A stretch of DNA of 64,000 bases. Origin: Kiloniellaceae bacterium. GTDB lineage: Bacteria; Pseudomonadota; Alphaproteobacteria; Kiloniellales; Kiloniellaceae. The stretch's first letter is position 1. The number at the start of each line of letters is the position of its first letter. Location: NCBI GenBank assembly GCA_036570545.1, contig DATCXZ010000054.1, forward strand, positions 1,558 through 65,557. Direction: 5' to 3'. Below the pieces are notes generated by a model. That model did not search any database and had not been told where the DNA came from. It saw only the letters and a program-made list of their open reading frames with translations. Of the stretch, positions 55,277 through 64,000 are shown piece after piece. The position numbers and the translations under genes were made by a program.

Positions 55277-56605
55277 ATGCGTCTCGGCCGGCTGCTGCTG
55301 TCTGGCGCAGTTGCCGCGCTTGTCGCCTGTGCCTTGCCCGCTGCGGGACAGGCCGACGACGGCCTGCGCGCGCCACGGCTCCCCGCTCTCGACAACCTGG
55401 CCGCCGGTCCCGGCGCCTGGCGTGACGGCCTCGTCGGGCCGCGGGTCGAGGGCCTTCACAGCCCCCGTCCGCCGCCGCGCGCGACGGCGCCGGTCGCGAC
55501 CGTGGCGGAGCTGAAGGCGGCGATCAAGGCCGCGCAACCGGGAACGACGATCGAGCTTCAGCCGGGCACCTACACCTTTTCCGGTGTCAGGATCGACGTC
55601 ACCCGCCCCGGCAGCCCGAAGCTTCCGATCGTGGTGCGAGCACCTGCCTTGGGTGCGGTCCGACTGCAGTTTTCCCTGCTCGAGGGCTTTCGTGTGCTCG
55701 CGCCGTTCTGGATTTTCGAGAACCTCGTCATCGAGGGTACCTGCGAGACCGATCACCGTTGCGAGCACGCGTTCCACATCGTTGGGGACGCTGCCGGCAC
55801 GGTGATTCAGAACAACTGGGTGACGGATTTCAATGCAGCCGTGAAGGTGAACGGCAAGGACGGGCGCTATCCCGACGCAGGGATCATCCGGCGCAACCTC
55901 TTCACGAACAACCAGCCGCGAAAGACGGACCGGCCCATTACCGTCCTCGATATCGTCTCGGTGAGCCGCTGGCGCGTGCAGCGGAACATCATCGCCGACT
56001 TCGCCAAGGACGGCGGCAACTTCACCAGCTATGGCGCCTTCTTCAAAGGAGCCGGCGAGGACAACATCTTCGAACAGAACCTGGTGCGCTGCGAGCTGCG
56101 CCACAGCGGCCAGCGGCGCATCGGCTTCTCCTTCGGCGGCGGCCGCACCGGCCGCCGGTTCTGCCGTGACGGCAGTTGCAGCGCCGAGCACAGGGGCGGC
56201 ATCGCCCGCAGCAACGTCATCATGCATTGCTCCGAAGCCGGCATCCATCTCAACAAGAGCGCCGACACGCTGATCCACAACAACGCGCTGATCGCAACGC
56301 AGGGGATCGAACTGCTGCGCGCCTCGACAGACGCGATGATCGTGAACAACCTCCTCGACGGCAGCATCCGCGCGCGGGAGGGGGCGACCTACACAGCGAC
56401 GAACAACGTGGTGGGCAGCGCGCTCTACTTCGATGCAGCGGGAGGCGATCTGCGGCTCGGCAACGGCGAGGCTGTCCGCGGCCGCGGCCGATCCCTGCCG
56501 GAGGGCGGTCTGGACCTCTGCGGCCAGCCCTATGACGCAGCGGCGCCGGACATCGGGCCGATCCAGTACGACGCTCCCGGCGGCTGCGCGTCGGGGCTGC
56601 GCTGA
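55277..56605 (+). CDS. Secreted right-handed beta-helix protein (chondroitinase B/PL6-like N-terminus)
   Basis: Signal peptide; VATVAELKAAIKAAQPGTTIELQPGTY; I..N..F/N repeats; C-terminal DLCGQP..PDIGPIQY. Confidence 0.75.
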   Translation: MRLGRLLLSGAVAALVACALPAAGQADDGLRAPRLPALDNLAAGPGAWRDGLVGPRVEGLHSPRPPPRATAPVATVAELKAAIKAAQPGTTIELQPGTYTFSGVRIDVTRPGSPKLPIVVRAPALGAVRLQFSLLEGFRVLAPFWIFENLVIEGTCETDHRCEHAFHIVGDAAGTVIQNNWVTDFNAAVKVNGKDGRYPDAGIIRRNLFTNNQPRKTDRPITVLDIVSVSRWRVQRNIIADFAKDGGNFTSYGAFFKGAGEDNIFEQNLVRCELRHSGQRRIGFSFGGGRTGRRFCRDGSCSAEHRGGIARSNVIMHCSEAGIHLNKSADTLIHNNALIATQGIELLRASTDAMIVNNLLDGSIRAREGATYTATNNVVGSALYFDAAGGDLRLGNGEAVRGRGRSLPEGGLDLCGQPYDAAAPDIGPIQYDAPGGCASGLR

Positions 56606-56670
56606 GCCCCGGATTCGCTTCACCTCAGGGCCGCCTGGACAGCCCCGCCGCGCACCCCTATAGAAGCCCC

Positions 56671-57687
56671 ATGAGAGACTTCTGGCGCGACTGCGGCTAC
56701 CACCTGCTCGAGCGACGCGAGAACGGCCACCTGACGGTGACCGACGACTTCCTGCGCGCCTACCTGAACCGGCCGGAGGTCGGCCCGGTGCCGGAGTCCA
56801 ACGAGGCCGAGCGTGCCCTCCATGCCGCCCTGCTGCGCAACCCGCGCGAGGCGGTGAGCAAAGAGCGCCTCGCCGCCATCGCCGACCCCGATGCCATCGA
56901 GAACTACCGGGTGGTGCTGGGCTTTCGCGACCGCCTGCTCGATGCGGCAACGCTGGAGGACGCCTACCTCGGGCTCTTCCTCGATCCGGATGGCGTCAGG
57001 GTGCCGCCGCTCTTCGTCGACCAGCTCGCCCATGTCATCGCGCGCGCCATGCTGGAGGGCGAGAGCGACCCGCTGAGGCTGCGCGCCGCCGAGCTGCTGT
57101 TCCGGGCCCAGCAGGTCACCATCAACGACGGCGCCGTCATGGCGGCCGACGCCGAGACGGTGGAGATGTACGCCGGCTCCGGCGGCTTCGGCAGCATCGG
57201 GCGCCTCGTCGCCGAGGCACAGACGCCGCTGCGCACGGTGGAGCTCGACGTGCTGAACGAGGACAACGCGGCGCTCTACTGGGGCCGCGACAGCCGCTAC
57301 GACACCGTGCTGAACCTGAACTTCGCCGGCGCCGGGCTGGACGCGCTCTGCCGCGTGCTGGAGCGCTGGATCGCGCACTTCTACGACATTTGCGTCGCCA
57401 TTCAGCCGGTGCAGAAGATCACCGACGAGCGCTGGGTCTGGCACATCGGGCTGGACGCCGAAGGAAACGCCCTGCTGAACGATCTCTACAACGGCATCGA
57501 GGTCGGCGAAGGCCGCCTGGCGCAGCTGCTCTCGCTCTTCCGCATGGACTTCCGGGACAGCTCCGTGATGGCGCCGGAGATGGCCGGCCGCCCAGTCTAC
57601 CTTGCCATGGCGATGAGCGGGAGCAGCCAGCTCCGCTTGAAGCCGCAGAACCTGCTGGTCAACCTGCCGCTGGCCGCGCGCGCCTGA
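56671..57687 (+). CDS. Conserved hypothetical protein (DUF6352-like)
   Basis: DFW..CGYHLL, TDDFLRAYL.RPE, W.WHIGLD, LKPQNLLVNLPL. Family recognised from memory only. Confidence 0.7.
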   Translation: MRDFWRDCGYHLLERRENGHLTVTDDFLRAYLNRPEVGPVPESNEAERALHAALLRNPREAVSKERLAAIADPDAIENYRVVLGFRDRLLDAATLEDAYLGLFLDPDGVRVPPLFVDQLAHVIARAMLEGESDPLRLRAAELLFRAQQVTINDGAVMAADAETVEMYAGSGGFGSIGRLVAEAQTPLRTVELDVLNEDNAALYWGRDSRYDTVLNLNFAGAGLDALCRVLERWIAHFYDICVAIQPVQKITDERWVWHIGLDAEGNALLNDLYNGIEVGEGRLAQLLSLFRMDFRDSSVMAPEMAGRPVYLAMAMSGSSQLRLKPQNLLVNLPLAARA

Positions 57688-57717
57688 GATGCCCGGCGGG
57701 ACGGCGAGCGCCGTGCG

Positions 57718-58638
57718 ATGAGCATCGCCCCGCTGGCGCGCGACTTCTCCGGCACCGCCCGCCTCGGCCTTGCCCTGGCGGTGGCCAGCGCCATCGGCTA
57801 CGGCACGATGATCACCGCGACGCGGCTCAGCTACGACGCCGGCAGCAATCCCTTGACCCTGATCTGCGCACGGGCCGCCGTGCCGGCGGCCATCCTCGCG
57901 CTGCTGATGCTGGCGCGCGGCAGCGCCTTCGCGCTCAGGCCCGGCGCCTTGTGGCCGGTGGCCGGCATCGCCCTCGGCCAGCTCGGCATCACCATCGGCT
58001 ACCTCAGCGCCGTGGCCTACATCCCGGTCTCGCTGGCCGCGCTCGTCTTCTACGCCTATCCGGTGCTGGTCGCCGGGTTGCTGCCGCTGACCGGCCGCGG
58101 CGGCGTCGGCTGGACGACCGCCGCCGCCTTTCTCGCCGCCTTCGCCGGTCTGGCGCTGGCCCTGGCGCCCTCCTTCACGACGCTCGACCCGCTGGGCCTC
58201 ACGCTGGCGCTCGGCGCCACGCTGTCCGGCACCCTGCTGGTCCTCGCCGCCGACCGCCTGCCGCCGGAGCAGGACATGCTGCCGGTCGGGCTCTACATGA
58301 ACCTCGCCGCCCTGGCGGTGGCCGCCCCCTACGCGCTGCTCGCCGGCGGCCTCGCCGCGCCTGAAGGCGCTCTCGGCTGGGGCGCCCTCGCCTACGTCTG
58401 CCTCGGCTTCCTGGGCGCCTTCCTCGCCATGATCGGCGCGGTGCGCCACGCCGGCCCCCTGCGCACTGCCCTGGTGTTCAACGTGGAGCCGGTGGTCGCC
58501 ATCGCCAGCGCCGTGCTGCTGCTCGGCGAGACCCTCGGCGCTGGCCAGGTGCTGGGCGTGGCCCTCGTCTTCGCCGCCCTCACGCTTGCCACCCTGGCCG
58601 AGCAGCAGCACGTGCCAGTACCGCCACCCAGCGCCTGA
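57718..58638 (+). CDS. DMT/EamA family transporter
   Basis: About 10 TM helices in two repeats; FYAYPVLV, VFNVEPVVA, LLGETL. Confidence 0.88.
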   Translation: MSIAPLARDFSGTARLGLALAVASAIGYGTMITATRLSYDAGSNPLTLICARAAVPAAILALLMLARGSAFALRPGALWPVAGIALGQLGITIGYLSAVAYIPVSLAALVFYAYPVLVAGLLPLTGRGGVGWTTAAAFLAAFAGLALALAPSFTTLDPLGLTLALGATLSGTLLVLAADRLPPEQDMLPVGLYMNLAALAVAAPYALLAGGLAAPEGALGWGALAYVCLGFLGAFLAMIGAVRHAGPLRTALVFNVEPVVAIASAVLLLGETLGAGQVLGVALVFAALTLATLAEQQHVPVPPPSA

Positions 58639-58754
58639 GCCTCCCCCCGAGTCTCCCCGGGTTTTCCCCGGAAAATTTTCTTGTGCAGGACCGGCGTGCC
58701 GAAAGCCGCGGCTTCGCGCGCTTTTCCCTCCGCCTGCCCCCAAGCTGTCGCCGC

Positions 58755-58770
58755 TTAAGAAAATCTTAAC
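58755..58770 (+). promoter_or_regulatory. CtrA-type binding site upstream of nrdJ
   Basis: TTAA-GAAAATC-TTAAC matches TTAA-N7-TTAAC exactly. Confidence 0.6.
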
Positions 58771-58802
58771 CCAAAATGTGGTGACCTCTGCCATATGTTG
58801 TG
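58769..58802 (+). promoter_or_regulatory. Tandem NrdR-type boxes upstream of nrdJ
   Basis: ACCCAAAATGTGGTG (58769-58783) and CTGCCATATGTTGTG (58788-58802) both keep the core C-x-A-x-A-T-x-T-x-G of acaCwAtATaTwGtg. The 19-bp spacing is atypical. Confidence 0.65.
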
Positions 58803-58974
58803 GTTTAATTACATGGCGTCACAAGATGCAGCAAATCGTAGGATTTGCGGGGGTTTCCGGGGCAGCGGACTGTCTTGCGGCAAGGCGTCGCCCGACGCGG
58901 CGGCAGCCGGCCCGGTCCCATCATCTGCGGCGCGATGCTGGGTCAACAGACAGAGCGGGAATGGAGACTAGCGA

Positions 58975-61900
58975 ATGCGGGTTGCGCGTCGTTTCACGGA
59001 AGCTGGCACCGAAGTTTACGACAGGATCGAGTTCCGCCGGACCTCGAGCGAGATCCGTAACCCCGACGGTTCCCTGGTATTCCGCGCCGAGGACATCGAG
59101 GTGCCGAGCTCCTGGTCGCAGGTGGCCTGCGACGTCCTCGCCCAGAAGTATTTCCGCAAGCGCGGCCTGCCGCTGAAGTCCCGGCGCGTGCCGGAGGACA
59201 ACGTGCCGGCGTGGCTGTGGCGCTCAGCGCCCGACCATGAGGCCATGGCCGACATCGCCGAGGACGAGCGCTTCATCGGTGAGACTTCGGCCAAGCAGGT
59301 GTTCCACCGCATGGCCGGCACCTGGACCTATTGGGGCTGGAAGGGCGGCTATTTCGATGCCGAGGAGGACGCCCGCGCCTACTACGACGAGATGCGCTAT
59401 ATGCTGGCACGCCAGATGGGCGCGCCGAACTCGCCGCAGTGGTTCAACACCGGGCTGCACTGGGCCTACGGCATCGACGGCCCGAGTCAGGGCCACCACT
59501 ACGTCGACTTCTCGACCGGCAAGCTGACGCGCTCCGCCAGCGCCTACGAGCACCCGCAGCCGCACGCCTGCTTCATCCAGTCGGTCGGCGACGATCTGGT
59601 GAACGAGAACGGCATCATGGACCTCTGGGTGCGCGAGGCGCGCCTGTTCAAGTACGGCTCCGGCACCGGCACCAACTTCTCCGCCCTGCGCGGCGAGGGC
59701 GAGTCGCTATCGGGCGGCGGCCGATCCTCCGGCCTGATGTCGTTCCTGAAGATCGGCGACCGCGCCGCCGGCGCCATCAAGTCTGGCGGCACCACGCGGC
59801 GCGCCGCCAAGATGGTGACCGTGGACCTCGACCACCCGGACATCGAGGCCTACATCGACTGGAAGGTGGTCGAGGAGCAGAAGGTGGCAGCGCTGGTCAC
59901 CGGCTCCAAGCTGTGCGACCGCCATCTCAACACCATCATGCGCACCTGCCACGATTTCCGGGCTGCCGAGGGCTCCGAGCAGACCGACGCCTTCGATCCC
60001 AAGCGCAACTTCGCGCTGCGCGCCGCGATGAAGGCTGCGCGCGCCGCCCTGGTGCCGGAGAACTACATCGCCCGCGTGGTGCAGTTCGCCAAGCAGGGCT
60101 ACACCTCGATCGACTTCAAGACCTACGACAGCGATTGGGATTCCGACGCCTACCTCACGGTATCCGGCCAGAACTCCAACAACTCGGTGCGGGTGCCCAA
60201 CGCCTTCATCGAGGCGGTGCTGAACGACGACTCCTGGAGCCTGATCCGGCGCACCGACGGGCGCGTGCACAAGAAGGTGAAGGCGCGCGACCTGTGGGAC
60301 CGCATCTCCTACGCCGCCTGGTCCTGCGCCGATCCCGGCATGCAGTACGACACCACCATTAACGAGTGGCACACCTGCCCCGCCTCCGGGCGCATCAACG
60401 GCTCCAATCCCTGCTCGGAGTACATGTTCCTCGACGACACCGCCTGCAACCTGGCGTCGCTGAACCTCATGGCATTCCGCCGCGGCAGCGCCGGCGGCTT
60501 CGACATCGAGGCCTACGAGCATGCGGTCAGGCTGTGGACCCTGACGCTCGAGATCGCGGTGCTGATGGCGCAGTTCCCCTCTGCGGAGATCGCGCAGCGC
60601 TCCTACGACTTCCGCACCCTCGGCCTCGGCTATGCCAACATCGGGGGCCTGCTGATGGCATCCGGCGTGCCCTACGACTCCGACGAGGGCCGCGCGCTGA
60701 CGGCGGCGTTCACCGCCATCATGACCGGCGTCGCCTACGCGACCTCGGCCGAGATGGCCGAGGAGCTGGGCGCCTTCCCGCGCCACGGCGAGAACGCCGA
60801 CCTCATGCTGCGGGTCATCCGCAACCACCGCCGCGCCGCCTACGGCCAGCGCGCCAGCTACGAGGAGCTCTCCATCGCGCCGGTGCCGCTGGAGGCGCGC
60901 GACTGCCCCGACAAGGCGCTGGTCAAGGCGGCCAAGGCGGCCTGGGACAAGGCGCTGAAGCTCGGCGAGAAGCACGGCTTCCGCAATGCCCAGACCACGG
61001 TGATCGCGCCGACCGGCACCATCGGCCTGGTGATGGACTGCGACACCACCGGCATCGAGCCCGACTTCGCCATCGTGAAGTTCAAGAAGCTCGCCGGCGG
61101 CGGCTACTTCAAGATCATCAACCGCGCGGTGCCGGAGGCGCTGCGCACCCTCGGCTACGGCGAGGGCGAGATCGAGGCGATCATCCGCCACGCGGTCGGC
61201 CACGGCACTCTCGAGAACGCGCCCGGCGTGAACCATGATCGCCTCAAGGCCAAGGGCTTCACCGAGTCCGCGCTGCAGGCGCTGGAGGCCGGCCTCGCCA
61301 GCGCCTTCGACGTGAAGTTCGCCTTCAACAAGTGGACCCTTGGCGACGAGTTCTGCACCAAGGCGCTCGGCTTCTCCCGCGCCGAGATGGAGGACGTCTC
61401 CTTCGACATGCTGGCCGCCCTCGGCTTCACCAAGGAGGAGATCGACACCGCCAACGCCTACTGCTGCGGCGCCATGGCGCTGGAAGGCGCGCCGGGCCTG
61501 AAGGAGGAGCATCTGGCGGTGTTCGACTGCGCCAGCCCCTGCGGGCGGCACGGCAAGCGCTACCTCTCGGTGGACAGCCACATCCGCATGATGGCGGCGG
61601 CGCAGCCCTTCATCTCCGGCGCCATCTCCAAGACCATCAACATGCCGAACGCGGCCACGGTAGAGGACTGCAAGGACGCCTACATGCTGTCGTGGCGCCT
61701 GGGCTTGAAGGCCAATGCGCTCTACCGCGACGGCTCCAAACTGTCGCAGCCGCTGGCCTCCAGCATCCTCGACGACATCGCCGACGATGACGACGACGAG
61801 GCGGAGAGCCTTGCCGGGAAGGTCGCGGCGGCCAGCCAGCCGGAGCGCGCCCAGATCGTCGCCGAGCGCATCATCGAGCGCATCATCGAGCGCAGCCAGG

Positions 61901-62694
61901 GCCGCAAGCGCCTGCCGCAGCGCCGCAAGGGCTACACCCAGAAGGCCATCGTCGGCGGCCACAAGGTCTACCTGCGCACCGGCGAATACGAGGACGGCGC
62001 GGTCGGCGAGATCTTCATCGACATGCACAAGGAAGGCGCCGCCTTCCGCAGCCTGATGAACAACTTCGCCATCGCCATCTCGATCGGCCTGCAGTACGGC
62101 GTGCCGCTTGAAGAGTACGTCGAGGCCTACACTTTCACGCGTTTCGAACCCTCGGGCATGGTGGACGGCAACGACGCCATCAAGATGGCGACATCCGTGC
62201 TCGACTACATCTTCCGGGAGCTTGCGATCTCCTACCTCGGCCGCAACGACCTGGCCCACGTGGAGCCGGCGGACATCACGCCGGACAGCCTGGGCACCGG
62301 CGACGGCCAGGGCGACCTGCCGGGCTCGGCGGTCGCGGAGACGATGCGCCGCTTCGCCTCCAAGGGCTACGTGCGCAACCAGCTTCTGGTCGTGAACGGC
62401 GGCGCCGCCAACGGGACCACGGGCATGAGTGTGGGGACTGTCACGCAGTCCAGCACCACCGTGACCGCCAGCGGCGTCTCCCAAGAGCTCGCCGGCTCCA
62501 CAGGCTCCGCCGAAGCCTATGCCGTCGAGGCCACAGTCGTCCGCCAGGTCGACTCCCGCCTGGAGCGCGTGCGCGAAGCACGCATGAAGGGCTACGAAGG
62601 CGACTCTTGCGGCGAGTGCGGTAACTTTACACTGGTCCGCAACGGCACATGCCTGAAATGCGCCACCTGCGGCGGCACCAGTGGCTGCTCATGA
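58975..62694 (+). CDS. nrdJ: Vitamin B12-dependent (class II) ribonucleotide reductase
   Basis: [42 protein letters not shown]-type C-domain and terminal Zn ribbon (CGEC..CATC). No intein-like insertion seen. Confidence 0.97.
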   Translation: MRVARRFTEAGTEVYDRIEFRRTSSEIRNPDGSLVFRAEDIEVPSSWSQVACDVLAQKYFRKRGLPLKSRRVPEDNVPAWLWRSAPDHEAMADIAEDERFIGETSAKQVFHRMAGTWTYWGWKGGYFDAEEDARAYYDEMRYMLARQMGAPNSPQWFNTGLHWAYGIDGPSQGHHYVDFSTGKLTRSASAYEHPQPHACFIQSVGDDLVNENGIMDLWVREARLFKYGSGTGTNFSALRGEGESLSGGGRSSGLMSFLKIGDRAAGAIKSGGTTRRAAKMVTVDLDHPDIEAYIDWKVVEEQKVAALVTGSKLCDRHLNTIMRTCHDFRAAEGSEQTDAFDPKRNFALRAAMKAARAALVPENYIARVVQFAKQGYTSIDFKTYDSDWDSDAYLTVSGQNSNNSVRVPNAFIEAVLNDDSWSLIRRTDGRVHKKVKARDLWDRISYAAWSCADPGMQYDTTINEWHTCPASGRINGSNPCSEYMFLDDTACNLASLNLMAFRRGSAGGFDIEAYEHAVRLWTLTLEIAVLMAQFPSAEIAQRSYDFRTLGLGYANIGGLLMASGVPYDSDEGRALTAAFTAIMTGVAYATSAEMAEELGAFPRHGENADLMLRVIRNHRRAAYGQRASYEELSIAPVPLEARDCPDKALVKAAKAAWDKALKLGEKHGFRNAQTTVIAPTGTIGLVMDCDTTGIEPDFAIVKFKKLAGGGYFKIINRAVPEALRTLGYGEGEIEAIIRHAVGHGTLENAPGVNHDRLKAKGFTESALQALEAGLASAFDVKFAFNKWTLGDEFCTKALGFSRAEMEDVSFDMLAALGFTKEEIDTANAYCCGAMALEGAPGLKEEHLAVFDCASPCGRHGKRYLSVDSHIRMMAAAQPFISGAISKTINMPNAATVEDCKDAYMLSWRLGLKANALYRDGSKLSQPLASSILDDIADDDDDEAESLAGKVAAASQPERAQIVAERIIERIIERSQGRKRLPQRRKGYTQKAIVGGHKVYLRTGEYEDGAVGEIFIDMHKEGAAFRSLMNNFAIAISIGLQYGVPLEEYVEAYTFTRFEPSGMVDGNDAIKMATSVLDYIFRELAISYLGRNDLAHVEPADITPDSLGTGDGQGDLPGSAVAETMRRFASKGYVRNQLLVVNGGAANGTTGMSVGTVTQSSTTVTASGVSQELAGSTGSAEAYAVEATVVRQVDSRLERVREARMKGYEGDSCGECGNFTLVRNGTCLKCATCGGTSGCS

Positions 62695-62791
62695 AGAGTA
62701 GCAGGACAGTAGCTCACGTAGAGTAGGTAAAGGTATCAGTATCAGTACTCCTACCTGTTTGACTCACGTCTGAGTTCTCCCTGTGAACTTC

Positions 62792-62827
62792 AAGGGGTGC
62801 CCGCGGCGGCGGCACCCCCTTCTTTTT
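62792..62827 (+). terminator. Rho-independent terminator after nrdJ
   Basis: GGGGTGCC/GGCACCCC stem followed by TCTTTTT. Confidence 0.8.
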
Positions 62828-62844
62828 GGCACCGAGGGAAACCG

Positions 62845-63870
62845 CTACACCAGCGGCCAGAAGATCGGGATGACCAGGGTGGCGACACCCCATAGCAGGA
62901 TGTTCAGCGGCAGGCCGACCTTGATGAAGTCGGTGAAGCGGTAGCCGATCGCGTGGCCGCCGGGACCGCCGAAGGCGACATCGCCGGCCTCGCGCAGGCC
63001 GAGCATGTCGCCCACGTTGCTGCGCACGACCACGCGGTCGCCGGGCTGCAGTTCCACCTCGTGCAGTTCCCGCGACAGCGAGCGGTCGCGGCGGACGAGG
63101 TCGACGACGCGCAGCCCGCGTGCCTCGGTGAAACCGGCGTCGCCCAGGCGCTTTCCGACCAGCGGCGAGCCGAGCGGCACGAGCACATCGGCCATGAAGT
63201 GTCTGTCCTGCGAACGCGGCAGGATGCCGGAGAGAACCTGGCGGTCGGGCAGCAGCCAGCGGCCGACTATCAGCAGGCAGGCGATGCCCGCAACAGCCAT
63301 GATCACGCCGGCGCCGGTGATCTCGAACATGCCGAAGGGCGCCAGCCCACGGTCCTGTGCCACCCCATCAACCAGGATGTTCGTAGAGGTTCCGATCAGC
63401 GTCGTGGTGCCGCCCAAGATGCTGGCGAAGGAAAGCGGGATCAGCAGCTTGGATGGCGCCATGTCGAGCGTGCGCGCGAGGCTGATCACCACCGGAGTCA
63501 GGATCACCACCACCGGCGTGTTGTTGATGAAAGCGGAGAGGAAGGTCGCGCCGCTCATCATGGTGACGAGCGACAGCAACAGCCGGCCGCCGCCGGCCTT
63601 GGCCGCCAATCGGCCCAGGGTGTCGATGACGCCGGTCCGCTCGAGCGCGGCGCTCAGCACAAACATCGCTGCCACGGTAATGGGCGCCGAGTTGCTGAAC
63701 ACGCTGAGCATCTCGTCGGTGCCGAGGATGCCGGTCACCAGCAGCAGCCCCACGGCAACGAGCGCGACGATGTCCGGCGGCATCGTCTCGCGCACGAAGC
63801 CGACGAAGACCACGATGACCAAGACGAGAACGATGACGGTCTGCAGGGTAGGCCAGTCGAGGTAGAGCAT
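62845..63870 (-). pseudogene. SLC13/CitMHS-family permease with one TrkA-C domain and a large in-frame internal deletion
   Basis: FSNSAP, SAFINNTPVV, GGTTTLIGTSTN and one TrkA-C, then an abrupt jump (GGHAI|GYRFTDFIKVG) to the terminal helix; 341 aa against about 590 aa for typical homologues. Confidence 0.7.
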
Positions 63871-64000
63871 AGGGTTCCACCTTCGCAGGGTCCGGTCCGT
63901 GCAACCGACGCGGCACAACTATCGTCTGGCGGCGCAGAGGCGTCCACAGCCGCCCGCGGCGCGCGCGGGGGCAAAAAGATGGCGCACCCGGCCTTTCAGT

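Noticed and set aside
58639-58974. Cobalamin riboswitch upstream of nrdJ
   Set aside because: No B12-box or other conserved core elements found.
59707-62484. 925-aa minus-strand ORF, and similar long antisense ORFs (8534..10789, 6471..8435, 32420..34537, 52707..54524, 56620..58794)
   Set aside because: Shadow frames of high-GC3 genes, with no recognisable motifs.
58975-62694. Possible intein or intron in nrdJ
   Set aside because: Length and motif order are continuous and typical of long class II enzymes; no splicing or endonuclease motifs seen.
1-64000. IS elements, integrases, phage genes, tRNA or rRNA
   Set aside because: No transposase, recombinase or phage motifs and no structural RNA signatures recognised.

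Overview
GC-rich bacterial window, probably alphaproteobacterial (inferred from the NrdJ type and a CtrA-type box). About 56 kb is a PEP-CTERM/exosortase-A (XrtA)-associated surface-glycan locus. It holds two FeeM-like acyltransferases, a sigma54-driven PEP-CTERM gene, a VAO/PCMH-family flavoprotein, prsT/prsK/prsR, and the usual XrtA EPS core (priming transferase, Wza/Wzc/Wzx-like proteins, O-glycosylation ligase, glycosyltransferases, asnB, wecB, galE, GDP-mannose dehydrogenase). Inserted in this core is an unusual tailoring block (about 17.8-39.3 kb): a compact MurF-like ligase, four ATP-grasp ligases, three sulfotransferases, a methyltransferase, a deacetylase, a heparinase II/III-like protein, an 865-aa secreted propeller/lyase-like protein and a C-type-lectin-like protein. 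My best candidate for an undescribed system is this block, which may build a sulfated, amino-acid- or peptide-decorated uronate glycan. No exosortase gene is visible in the window. The right end carries DUF6352, an EamA transporter, class II ribonucleotide reductase nrdJ (adjacent CtrA-type and NrdR-type boxes) and an SLC13 permease with an internal deletion. One glycosyltransferase is frameshifted. All calls come from reading motifs by eye; no searches were run.
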